Source: Haliotis rufescens
Taxonomy: Eukaryota
Assembly (NCBI RefSeq): GCF_023055435.1
Contig: NW_025963890.1
Span: 1,798,001-1,862,000 of the forward strand
Length of the DNA: 64,000 nucleotides
Reading direction: 5' to 3'
Part shown: piece by piece, positions 1-11,525 of the stretch
Position numbering within the stretch: the first letter of the stretch is position 1
Layout of the letters: every line of letters starts with the position of its first letter
Position numbers and translations under genes: made by a program
Notes under the pieces: generated by a model
Database searches by the model: none
Told to the model about the DNA's origin: nothing
Seen by the model: the letters and a program-made list of their open reading frames with translations, nothing else

Positions 1-2510
1 TGGAATGTCCCATCACATGAGGGTGATAAGGAATGTATGCACCAGATGGAATGTGCCTTCATGTGAGGAGGATAAGGAATGTATCCACCTGACGGAATGT
101 CCCATCACATGAGGGTGATAAGGAATGTATGCACCAGATGGAATGTGCCATCACATGAGGAGGATAAGGAATGTATCCACCAGATGGAATGTCCCTTCAT
201 GTGAGGGAGATAAGGAATGTACCCACCTGATGGAATGTCCCATCACATGAGGGTGATAAGGAATGTATCCACCAGATGGAATGTGCCTTCATGTGAGGAG
301 GATAAGGAATGTATCCACCAGACGGAATGTCCCTTCATGTGAGGTTGATAAGGAATGTATCCACGAGACGGAATGTCCCTTCACGTGAGGGTGATAAGGA
401 ATGTATCCACGAGACGGAATGTCCCTTCATGTGAGGGTGATAAGGAATGTATGCACCAGATGGAATGTCCCATCACATGAGGGTGATAAGGAATGTATCC
501 ACGAGACGGAATGTCCCTTCATGTGAGGAGGATAAGGAATGTATCCACCTGATGGAATGTCCCTTCATGTGAGGGAGATAAGGAATGTACCCACCTGATG
601 GAATGTGCCATCACAGGAGGGTGATAAGGAATGTATCCACGAGACGGAATGTCCCTTCATGTGAGGGAGATAAGGAATGTACCCACCTGATGGAATGTCC
701 CATCACAGGAGGGTGATAAGGAATGTATCCACCAGATGGAATGTGCCTTCATGTGAGGAGGATAAGGAATGTATCCACCAGACGGAATGTCCCTTCATGT
801 GAGGGTGATAAGGAATGTATCCACCTGATGGAATGTCCCATCACATGAGGGTGATAAGGAATGTATCCACGAGACGGAATGTCCCTTCATGTGAGGGTGA
901 TAAGGAATGTATGCACCAGATGGAATGTCCCATCACATGAGGGTGATAAGGAATGTATCCACGAGACGGAATGTCCCTTCATGTGAGGGAGATAAGGAAT
1001 GTACCCACCTGATGGAATGTGCCATCACAGGAGGGTGATAAGGAATGTATCCACGAGACGGAATGTCCCTTCATGTGAGGGAGATAAGGAATGTACCCAC
1101 CTGATGGAATGTCCCATCACAGGAGGGTGATAAGGAATGTATCCACGAGACGGAATGTCCCTTCATGTGAGGGAGATAAGGAATGTATGCACCTGATGGA
1201 ATGTCCCTTCATGTGAGGAGGATAAGGAATGTATCCACCAGATGGAATGTGCCTTCATGTGAGGGTGATAAGGAATATATCCACCAGATGGAATGTCCCA
1301 TCACATGAGGGTGATAAGGAATGTATCCACCTGATGGAATGTGCCTTCATGTGAGGGTGATAAGGAATATATCCACCAGATGGAATGTCCCATCACATGA
1401 GGGTGATAAGGAATGTATGCACCAGATGGAATGTCCCTTCATGTGAGGAGGATAAGGAATGTATCCACCTGACGGAATGTCCCATCACATGAGGGTGATA
1501 AGGAATGTATGCACCAGATGGAATGTGCCATCACATGAGGAGGATAAGGAATGTATCCACGAGACGGAATGTCCCTTCATGTGAGGGAGATAAGGAATGT
1601 ATGCACCAGATGGAATGTCCCATCACATGAGGGTGATAAGGAATGTATGCACCAGATGGAATGTGCCTTCATGTGAGGGTGATAAGGAATGTATCCACCT
1701 GATGGAATGTCCCTTCATGTGAGGGTGATAAGGAATGTACCCACCTGATGGAATGTCCCATCACGGGAGGGAGATAAGGATTGTATCCACCTGATGGAAT
1801 GTCCCTTCATGTGAGGGTGATAAGGAATGTACCCACCTGATGGAATGTCCCTTCATGTGAGGGAGATAAGGAATGTACCCACCTGATGGAATGTCCCTTC
1901 ATGTGAGGGAGATAAGGAATGTACCCACCTGATGGAATGTCCCTTCATGTGAGGGAGATAAGGAATGTACCCACCTGATGGAATGTCCCTTCATGTGAGG
2001 GTGATAAGGAATGTACCCACCTGATGGAATGTCCCTTCATGTGAGGGAGATAAGGAATGTACCCACCTGATGGAATGTCCCTTCATGTGAGGGAGATAAG
2101 GAATGTACCCACCTGATGGAATGTCCCATCACGGGAGGGAGATAAGGAATATACCCACCTGATGGAATGTCCCTTCATGTGAGGGTGATAAGGAATGTAC
2201 CCACCTGATGGAATGTCCCTTCATGTGAGGGAGATAAGGAATGTACCCACCTGATGGAATGTCCCATCACGGGAGGGAGATAAGGAATGTACCCACCTGA
2301 TGGAATGTCCCTTCATGTGAGGGTGATAAGGAATGTACCCACCTGATGGAATGTCCCTTCATGTGAGGGAGATAAGGAATGTACCCACCTGATGGAATGT
2401 CCCATCACGGGAGGGAGATAAGGAATGTATCCACCTGGTGGAATGTCCCATCACGGGAGGGAGATAAGGAATGTATCCACCTGATGGAATGTCCCAACAT
2501 GTGACAGGCA
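1..2510. repeat. 46-bp minisatellite, ~54 copies, runs off the window start
   Basis: Unit TGGAATGTCCCATCACATGAGGGTGATAAGGAATGTATSCACCWGA recurs at 1, 47, 93...; no unique spacers. Confidence 0.97.
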
Positions 2511-2533
2511 TAAGGAGATTTAATTAATAAATA

Positions 2534-2877
2534 CCGTATTTGACGTAATAAGCGCCTAGGGCGCTCTCAAAATTAGAAACAGGGGGCTCTTATTAGAATA
2601 TTATTTGTCGAAAAAAAATAGAGTTGAAAGATAAATTTCGTGGTTTATGCTGACAGCCTGAAATGTTTATATACGAGAGATATATTCTTCCAGAATTTAA
2701 TTGCCCATAATTGAGGGTGCATATAACACACGAGTGCATATTATACGCGAATAAATAAGTATTGTGTACATTGATCAATCGGAAAGGATGCTAATTGGGA
2801 TTGTTCACGAGCCAATATATTAGCAAATATTGCCGTGGGCGCTTATTAGAGCGGGGCGCTTATTACGTCGAATACGG
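2534..2877. mobile_element. Tc2-like (Tc1/mariner superfamily) MITE, 344 bp
   Basis: TIR CCGTATTYGACGTAATAAGCGCC (22/23 match) flanked by TA on both sides; CCGTA termini are typical of Tc2-type elements. Confidence 0.88.
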
Positions 2878-3935
2878 TAGTTCAAATGTCATAATACAGA
2901 GATACCAAGTCAATAGATAAATTGTATCGCAGAGAATAGAAGTAGATCCTGTGAACTTGCTGCCATTTACTGTATTGACGTAGACAGGAAATGCCAGTGA
3001 TGTATTCATTACACCTACAGTGCCACCGCAAACCGGTCAAATCTCATTAACCTTTTCTCTAAAACATCAGCAAGGAGCCATTAAGATCTTGCTTAAAAGA
3101 TTAAAACTTAATAGGCAAATAGATACACAAAGTTCATTTTACTTATCTTGAAGAAGGGTATTTGTTCCACTTTACAGACTTCTTTTTGCTTAAAGATTAG
3201 TTTGGCAAGGTTAAGATGAAAATAAAAATAACTTTGGTATTATAAATATTGGAGTATCTTATTTGTCTCAACATTTGAAGGTTTGAAGGAAATGGAGAAA
3301 GATCAACCACCTTGTAGTACAGAGTGTTTGCAATAACAAGGGAAAAACTCTTCTTAATAGCTATCTTTTTATTTTACCATTCAACCAACGATTGAGCAGA
3401 TAGGAAAAAATAACAGTTTTGTTTCATTTAATTTTTGTTGGTGGCTTTGTGAAATCATGTAAACCAAAATTTTATTTTATTTTGTCTTATTCAAATTCAC
3501 TTTGAAATGACTAAAAACTGATCATTCATTGATTAAGGGTGATTTCCTCAAAACATCAGCTAATAGGTTGTTTATATAAAGTGTTGCTAGACAACAATAT
3601 CAAAGCACTATCCTAGTGTGGACATGTTCAGAAAACCCTTCACTCAGAACCATGTAAGAAACTGGACTAACAGCAATGTTCAATGACAAAAATAGTTTCT
3701 GCTAAGAGTGTATCCTGTTAGACAAGACCCTCCCATAAATTACTCTGCAGAAACTCAATCAAGAAGCAGCCACATCTAGGTGCTTGGGTTCTTTGCCAAG
3801 ATATGTCACTTCAAATTATACTATTATTTGTATAAAGATAAATTATTAACTGACAATCTCGTTTTTACAAATTACCAGCTATAAAGTATGATGTAAAAGG
3901 TTCCTGCATCTTCTCTTATTCAGGAATAATTTAGA

Positions 3936-4200
3936 TTTTGTTTGTTTGTTGTTTAATGCCGCACTCAGCAATATTCCAGCTATATGATGGCAATCTGTAA
4001 ATAATCAAGTCTGGACCAGACAATCCAATAATTAACATCACGAGCATCAATCAACGCAATTGGGATCGATGACATGCATCAACCAAGTCAGCGAGCCTGA
4101 CCACCCGATCCCGTTAGTCGCCCCTTACGACAAACATAGTCGCCTTTAATGGCAAGCATGGGTTGCTGAAGACCTATTCTACCCCAGATTTTCCCAGGCC
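3936..4200 (-). mobile_element. SINE-like family B, full-length copy
   Basis: 12-bp TSD GAATAATTTAGA (3924-3935 / 4201-4212); (AAAC)n tail; homologous to 12 other copies in the window. Confidence 0.9.
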
Positions 4201-4566
4201 GAATAATTTAGAAGGTGAAGAGACATGATTTTAAAGGATACAGTGAGGATATATAAAAAGCTCGAATAGCATGTGCAAAGTTAGAGACAAAGATGAGGGC
4301 GGTGGTGGAGGCACTTGTGAACTGGTTCAGGGCATCATCATCATAGAAGGGAGACATAGTGCACTGAATAGTGGACACTTCAGACCAAGCTCTAGTTGCA
4401 ACAATAGCCAACGAAACCGCCCTGTAGTATACCTGAATACCACTGATTTTTAGCTGAAGACAAGCTGGCCCTGCATAACATAAGGCTGTTTATTTTTGTG
4501 GCACAGTGGTCAGTGTATGTTTTACTTAACTGTATGTGTTCTGAAAGAGAATTCATCATGTTCGAT

Positions 4567-4822
4567 GACCACCTCCGCTGTCTAATGGTAGAGCGTTGGC
4601 CTGGAGAGCGGAAGGTTATGGGTTCAAGCCCCAGCCGCATCATACCAAAATACGTTGAAAGATGGTACTTTTTGCTACCCTGTCTGGCATCATGGAAAGT
4701 TGGCATTAGTCCGGACTAGTGCACGCACGCACCCACCCATGCACCCATGCATCCGTCCACACATCATTATATAAGCGCAATAATCTTGGATGCAATGTTA
4801 AACCTTATTTCATTTCATCTCA
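4567..4822 (+). mobile_element. tRNA-derived Meta-domain SINE (family C), internally deleted
   Basis: A box TGTCTAATGG, B box GGTTCAAGCC, then CATACCAAAATACGTTGAAAGATGGTAC...CCCTGTCTGGCA matching the Meta/MESC SINE domain; homologous to 8920-9237. Confidence 0.8.
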
Positions 4823-5734
4823 CCATCATCTTTGAAAAGCTGTGATGACCAAGTGCCCATGCAGTGTACCAGTGACTCACAAAAACAAACTTCCACAGTT
4901 CCAAAGAGTTATCAGCAACCACTATATCATGTGCATCGATATGCAGGCTAGCGATAGCTCAATGTATTCACATACAAGATTTTGTGTGAAAAGACTTTTA
5001 CCCCATAGTGAAACCACAGGCACAGCGCTGATCCAAAGATCATAATCAGGGCTTATCAATAGTAGCAGAGGCATAGAACACTGTGGCCACCGGGCAATAC
5101 AGGCAAGTTTCATAGTGCCATCATTGGTATTGATCCTGATGTCTCAATGGCTGGCCAATCATAAATATTCAATGTGAAGTAATGTGAGTGACAGACATCT
5201 TGGACACTGATGGGTGTCCCATTCGTCAGGTTCAGGGACAGTTCTTCCTGATGGATCTAGAATACGGAAGTGTGTCACCAGTGACTGAAGGCTCTCATCT
5301 AACTCCATGTAAACATATCTCTGAGGTTCTAACCGTCATATTGTCCCCCACCATGACACTGCTGGAATATTGTTAAAAGCGGCACAAAACCATACTCATT
5401 CACTTACTTCAACTAGCATGAATAAAGCTCTTCTCTGAGCACAAGTTCTTCAGAATGCACTGGTCTTGGTCACTGACCCCTACAGAAAACAAATGACCTT
5501 CATTTTCAAGGACTGTAATTTCTGTCACATGGCCTTTCATATATTTTCACAGTGATGGGTCACTAGTCAGTATTTCCATCAATCTGAAGCTTTGCTACGT
5601 CAGATAGTCTCAGCTGATGCCACCAACTTATGACTTTCCACCCACACAATCCTAGCTAATCCTCCCCAGTGAATGCTCCTAGTTCACAATCTCCTTTTAC
5701 AGAAGGATGAGCATGATACACACTTTTTTTATGC

Positions 5735-5925
5735 AAACTGTGTGAATGATGGGTGCTACTGATGGGCAGGACATGATTACCCTTTCTGCGAACACCTGGT
5801 GTTATCACTGATTTTCACTGGTCCATTAACATCATTTTCACAATTATTTTGCCCTTTATGCCAAATGGAAACGGTTTTGGCAGATAATCAAGACTGGTTA
5901 TTCTCTTTCACTGACGTTTTATATA
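5735..5925. mobile_element. Dispersed repeat fragment (Penelope-like end plus a motif shared with 12427-12483)
   Basis: GGGTGCTACTGATGGGCAGGACATGATTACCCTT..CACCTGGTG resembles mollusc Penelope-like termini (recall only); TTTGCCCTTTATGCCAA...CTGGTTATTCTCTT recurs at 12427-12475. Confidence 0.35.
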
Positions 5926-6571
5926 TATATTGTTAAGAGCTACTGAGACAGGGTACATATACCTACATTCATGACTAAAACACTCAGTATTTCAGTCATT
6001 CATGCCATATCAGCTTTAATCTGGGGAAAAGACTAGTTTGTGCAACCAACAAGCATCCTTACAGGCAAAGGATAATGATTTGGGCAGACCTGGAACTGTG
6101 AAACATGATCAGCAGATCAGGATGCGGCAAAGGGACATAACTCTGCAGAGTGATAATGTGGCACCATAGACCACTGTAGGCTCAGTGAGACCTGATACAG
6201 CCAGGGACTTCCTTACGGAATTCTGGCTACCCCGTCTTGTATCATTAGCTTGCACAACAGGCATTGACTCAGTATAATACAAGCTAGTGACACAAGAAAA
6301 ACAGAATATATACCTTATTGATTCCGGAGGCAGTGTAATTTTACCTGACCTTTCCCACAGAAAATACTATCAATAATGTATAAGATTTCTAAATGTCATC
6401 TGCTGTTGTTGATATTGAACACACACAACTAGTATTAGTTGCTTATCAAGAAGGGCAATTACCTTTCCGTTTATAGCATTTTGGATTTTAAACTGAAAAC
6501 CGATGTCATCTGTATGAAAATTGTGAATATCATTATCAATCCTGTCTGAGAGAAAAAAGACACTTGAAGTA

Positions 6572-6740
6572 GTGAGTGAGTTGGGTTTAACACAACTTTG
6601 AACAGTTTTCCAATGATATCACGGCATGTCAGCTTAATGTGGGAGAAAAGCCCGAAGTGATGGAGGTCTCAGATGTTTACCACTGTGGTGAAACCCACAA
6701 GCATTGGTATGGTGCTGATAAATCTAGAAACATAATCTGG
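6572..6740 (-). mobile_element. SINE family D (tRNA head, V-like domain), decayed copy
   Basis: (TCAC)n tail and GGGCTTTTCTCCCACATTAAGCTGACATGCC segment shared with 22455-22655 and 62888-63155. Confidence 0.7.
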
Positions 6741-6861
6741 AAACTAGAAACAAAAAGACAAGCGACTCTAAGATGGTGGTGGCACACAGTGAGTTGACCA
6801 TTCAGAAATAACTGATATTTCTGACAAAGACATTAATTTCATCATAAACACCTGCTCATTC

Positions 6862-7111
6862 AGTTGTTGGTTTGTTGTTTAACACCACACTCAGCAATAT
6901 CCCAGCTATGTGATGGCGGACTGTAAAAAATCGATTCAGCGATTGACATCATGAGCATCAAACCACGCAATTTGGATTCGATGACATGTGTCAACCAAGC
7001 CAGCAAGCCTGACCACCCCATCCCGTTAGTCACCTCTTACGACAAGCATAGTCGCCTTGTACATCAAGCATGGGTTGCTGAAGACCTATTCTATCCCGGA
7101 TCTTCACAGGT
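6862..7111 (-). mobile_element. SINE-like family B copy
   Basis: Colinear with 3936-4200 from tail to head (CCTGTGAAGATCCGGGATAGAATAGGTCTTCAG). Confidence 0.9.
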
Positions 7112-7499
7112 AAAAGGATGATGCTTGTCCATTTGTACTGCACCATTCCATGCTTGATATCATGCTGAAAGCTCACGAAACTACCAACTCAAAACTACAA
7201 ATAACATTTCTTCACACAACTTTTCACACTGTTCAGTCCAGTGGTGCGTTTGCATCTTTTGCAAATAGTGCTGTTATTATTTGAAAAGAAATAAAATTTA
7301 AAAAGAATCAATTTAGTCTCCGAAACTTGTGTTAATAAACATCATTATGGGTAGTCTTTATTTCATTAATCATTAATTAAAGAATGAATGAATAAACATC
7401 ATAACAGTATGAATTCATTTTTTATGATTTTATTACAAGGTACACATATCGTTATCTATTGTAAAGATGTCCGATTTTCGATCACAAATGTTGATAATA

Positions 7500-7585
7500 C
7501 TTAATTTTGTTTATCCGACATACTCGTTAATCCGACATAATCACATACAACAAACCAAGTTGGATGCAGGGAACTTGACTATATA
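7500..7585. mobile_element. Decayed end of a Tigger/pogo-like MITE
   Basis: Repeated ATCCGACATA subterminal motifs ending ...CTTGACTATA; other end not identified. Confidence 0.3.
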
Positions 7586-8540
7586 CTACTCCGAAGAAGT
7601 TAAAGAATGCCAGATAGAAGAGAAATAACAAATACGTTCTTCCAAGAGTACCAGCACCCGTATTGAAATGTCTCACCAAAAACAATTAGGAGCTGAAATC
7701 TCTAAGTGAACTCCATCTACATGCATTAAATCACATCTTAATTATTTGCATATTTCAAAAAGCAGGCCACACTCTGACCGCACATCGGCACGTGTCCTTC
7801 CATGTCGACAAGCTATACAAGGAGGTGTATTCCACAGCCAAATCTCATTTTGTTCCCATTTCCCTGGACATAAGATTGAAAGTAATCTCGCCTCGACACC
7901 CACAGGCAGTGTTTCCCCTCCTCGGCCTTCTTCCGTATCCAAAACTGCGACACTGATGTTATTAGTTTCTCCCATAATGCATCATGAGTAGTGTATTTAA
8001 TCTCATTACATATGATGACGAGGAGGATCCTTATCTCTGCCGGCTATATTTGGTGTCTGAAGTGTCTCCCTGTAATCTATACTGTATAATATCATTACAC
8101 CTAAACACCATAGTGCCTGTACAAGAACAGTGGCTGGCATATGGGAGGAGGGCCACTTTTCCATTTAGCCTAATCTCAGTCATATGTTTGCCGCTACATC
8201 ATGCTCACGCCATCACATGTCTAGAATGTAGTTTGCCGGTCCCTGTCCTCATGTACTGAAGAGAATCATAAATATTCTTTTGCAGTTGATTATTTGTGAG
8301 TTTTGACTTTTACGAGCTACGACAGTGGGATTTGTATAATTTATTACCTGGTTACAGAAGCATGTTTTTCAACATCAATTGCAGTCACAAAGTACATGTC
8401 AACCTGATCTGAGTATTCCCATTTCCAGTAGAACACTGCTGGTTAATACTTTGAACCCTTTATAATCTGTGTCACTTCTGCAAGATGAATCATGTTTTGA
8501 AATAATGAAATCATGATCAATTTTCACCAAATGAATGATC

Positions 8541-8806
8541 GTTTTTTTGGTTGGTAAACGCCGCATTCAGCAATATTCCAGCTATGTCACAGTGGTATGT
8601 AAATAATTGAGGCTGGACCAGACAATCAAGTGATTGACAACATTAGCATCGATCTTTGCAAATGGGAAACGATGACATGCACCAAGCAAGTCACCAAGCC
8701 TGAGCACCTAATCCCATTAGTCGCCTCTTACGACAAGCATAGTTGCCCCTTATGGCAAGCAGGGGTTACTGAAGGCCTTTTCTTTACCCGAATCTTCATG
8801 GGTCCT
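8541..8806 (-). mobile_element. SINE-like family B copy
   Basis: Colinear with the family over ~265 bp; head GGACCCATGAAG. Confidence 0.9.
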
Positions 8807-8919
8807 GAAGGAATGAGACAAGTGGGACAAAAATAAGATTCCCCCACTGGTGACAGCTGACATATCTAACCATGGTTAACTGACAGCTCCAAGCTCCTTC
8901 TGTTCCATCCTGCAAGGGT

Positions 8920-9237
8920 GAGGTGAAATTGGGTTTAACGTCGCGTCCAAGATTATTGCACTTATATAGCGACGTGCGTGCACGTGTATTTGTGTGTGTG
9001 GCTGCTTGTACTAGTCCGACTGATGCCGATTTATAGTGCTAGCTCACTGAGATACCATGCCGCAGTTTAACATGAATACCCCACTCAGACACAGTATACT
9101 GACTCCGAGCCGACCAGTCCTTGTTTTAGCCCCTTAATGCTGAGCGCCAGACAGGGTAACAACAAGTACAATCTTTTAACGTCTTTTTGTATGACGCGGC
9201 CCGGGATCGAACCCTGGACCTTCCGCTCTCCGGGCGG
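8920..9237 (-). mobile_element. tRNA-derived Meta-domain SINE (family C), 5'-truncated
   Basis: Perfect 15-bp TSD CCATCCTGCAAGGGT (8905-8919 / 9238-9252); B box GGTTCGATCCC; Meta domain GTCATACAAAAAGACGTTAAAAGATTGTAC...CCCTGTCTGGCGCTCAGCATTAAGGG. Confidence 0.92.
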
Positions 9238-9826
9238 CCATCCTGCAAGGGTAACTATGCTAGACCAATGAATCCTACATTCCTTCATATCTATTCCAAA
9301 ATGGGAACAAATTGATGTCTTCAGCAACCAAAATGGATACGTTGAGCAGGGTAATAACTTCACTGGGTTGATAAATGACTGTAGAAACCTCCCATCTGCT
9401 TGTGTGCTGACAGCAGGCAAATATTGAGGAAGTGGTGTAACCTAGAGACTGTCATCACACTTGCTGTTGACCATGGACAGCTCTGTCCCCGAACAGACAG
9501 GACATTTCCGCAAGTAAATCTGCGGCAGAGTGTCTCTACCTCCTGCTAATTGGTTGGAACTGCAGTAAGTACCTGAGGTATAGATTGGTTGACACCAAGC
9601 TTGGCAATAACACAAGACAGACTGACTCCACTGGTGATAATGGAGGCTTTGACTGAAGGAAGTAGTCCACTAGGCATGAAGAATAAATACCCTGACCTGG
9701 GGCATTTCCATCCTCTGGGTGCACACTTGATTGACCGTTGTCTAGAAAACTGATGGACAGATATGACTAAATAATCAAGTGGAAGGAATCACTGCATATG
9801 GGACCCAAAGAAAGTAAGAGGTGTTG

Positions 9827-10108
9827 CTTTCTTGTTTGTTTGTTTCTTTGTTGGTTGTTTTATGCCGCACTCAGCAATATTCCAGCTATATGACGGCGGG
9901 CAGTAAATAATCAATTCTGGACCAGATAATCCAGTGATTGATATCATGAGCATCGATCCACACAATTGGGATTCGATGACATGCATCAACCAAGTCGGCG
10001 AACCTGACCACCCGATCCCGTTAGTCGTCTCTTATGACAAGAACAGTTGCTTTTTACGGCAAGCATGGGTTGCTGAAGACCTATTCCATACTGGATCTTC
10101 ACGGGTCC
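9827..10108 (-). mobile_element. SINE-like family B, full-length copy
   Basis: 12-bp TSD TAAGAGGTGTTG (9815-9826 / 10109-10120); 5' end GGACCCGTGAAGATCC; (AAAC)n tail. Confidence 0.93.
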
Positions 10109-10499
10109 TAAGAGGTGTTGAAAGACATTTATATGTCAAAGGAGTTAGGGGTAGTTCAAACTTGGGGATAAAGTAAGACGTTTGTTGATAAACTTTCCTT
10201 CAGCCCATCATGAGCTACAGAACATTCTTTAGTGACATATCTTGATGTGTGGCATAGACGGCACATGTCCTTTGTGGCACTGATTGGATGCCATCATTTA
10301 TGTACCCAGGGAACAACTTGACATACCTACATGTACGCAGCTTCCTGTCCATCTATTTTAATGTACAATGATTTTTCTTTCATACCATGGTTACTTGCTT
10401 GCACACCAGAAGACATACCACCACACGAAGCAACCATCAGAAGGAACACTTCCAGCACCTCGGCTATAGTAAATTCAATGTATGCTGGGTGCATGTTTG

Positions 10500-11194
10500 T
10501 TAGTTGACAGAGAATGCATATATATTTCATAAATGCCATACTTTAACTTGTTAAAAGCCATATTTGTTGTAGTTTGACGATTGTGTGTCAACCTGTAGTT
10601 CTCACGATCATGTGCGGGAGCTTCAATGGTGACTGGTCAAATGTGAAAAAAACCAACCCAGCAATAGCGATCAGCTGCGCCGAAGTGCTACGCTTAGGGG
10701 TATTATTATTTTAAATATATTAAGTAAAAGCTGCAACTAAAATAACAAGATATTGGAATATATTATTCCTGATAAAAAAATAGTTTCAGATATCATTTTT
10801 CCCTTGCATCAAAATCCTTTAAAGTTATATCATTGGTGAGTTTTAACCGAATCACCAGTAGATTCCAAGAAAACGTGTGTACAGCTGATTGCTGTTTCCA
10901 GCTTAGTTTACAAGAAAATACACGCAGATAATCTTAATCCCTTCATGTAAAACAATGCCTAGCAGAACAAGAAATACAATTTGAACTGTAAATCAAAATG
11001 TCTGGTGATTTTTTATCCCAAATTTCAAATTTGTACTGACAAAGTTTCTTATCACCCGTTCATTTACCAGAATTCGCTAAAGGGGTACGTTGTGATTTTT
11101 TTCTGCGCATAATGTTTGAAATTTCTTTTTTCCAAAATACTGAATCTGCTAGGCACATTATACTCAGGTGTGCACTTTACTCAAAAAATTACGG
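10500..11194. mobile_element. Truncated copy of the Tc2-like element at 29396-30517
   Basis: Colinear with ~29800-30517 (e.g. GATTCCAAGAAAACGTGTGTACAGCTGATTGCTGTTTCCAGCTTAGTTTAC); retains right TIR ...TTACGG+TA. Confidence 0.88.
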
Positions 11195-11352
11195 TATGTG
11201 ATTTTGTAATTTCATGTTATCTTTGAATCAAATAAAAAAAAGGAAAATCAGTGACATGGAACCTTTCTTGAAGGTACTGGTTCAGTTGTTCCAGTTCTCA
11301 CCAGAAACCATCGATAACACTACATTACTACATTTAATATAAACATGGAATA

Positions 11353-11525
11353 CAGTACGTTTATACTACCTTTATAACAAACTGATGGGCATAACAAACT
11401 TATTTCTTTGTCCCGTCCAATTGCTGTACATATGCTGCATATATGCTTATAACAAACTATGGTTACAATGAACAAAAATTAGTGGTCCCTTTGATTTCGT
11501 TATAAGTTATAACCATAGTTTACTG
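11353..11525. mobile_element. Tigger/pogo-like MITE, decayed
   Basis: TA-CAGTA...TTTACTG-TA termini; inverted homolog of 39969-40305. Confidence 0.7.

Larger units (their letters stand above)
5430..10480 (-). pseudogene. Highly decayed Ngaro/DIRS-like tyrosine-recombinase retrotransposon fossil, interrupted by SINEs
   Basis: Short minus-strand peptide remnants in the expected order: Cys-rich gag finger (~9455-9535), RT N-terminus (INPVKL..YP..FGI ~9280-9385), RNase H (VFRCND ~8090; IMGETNNI ~7960), YR (LAFFNFFGV 7586-7615), SGNH-like (PHPDLLIM 6104-6127; GHLFSVGVSD..ILKNL 5441-5500). Many frameshifts; boundaries approximate. Confidence 0.45.

Noticed and set aside
10008-10108. Family B head as a canonical HDV-like ribozyme
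   Set aside because: A hairpin followed by CUAA resembles P4-J4/2, but I could not place P1, P3, L3 and P1.1 in the required order.
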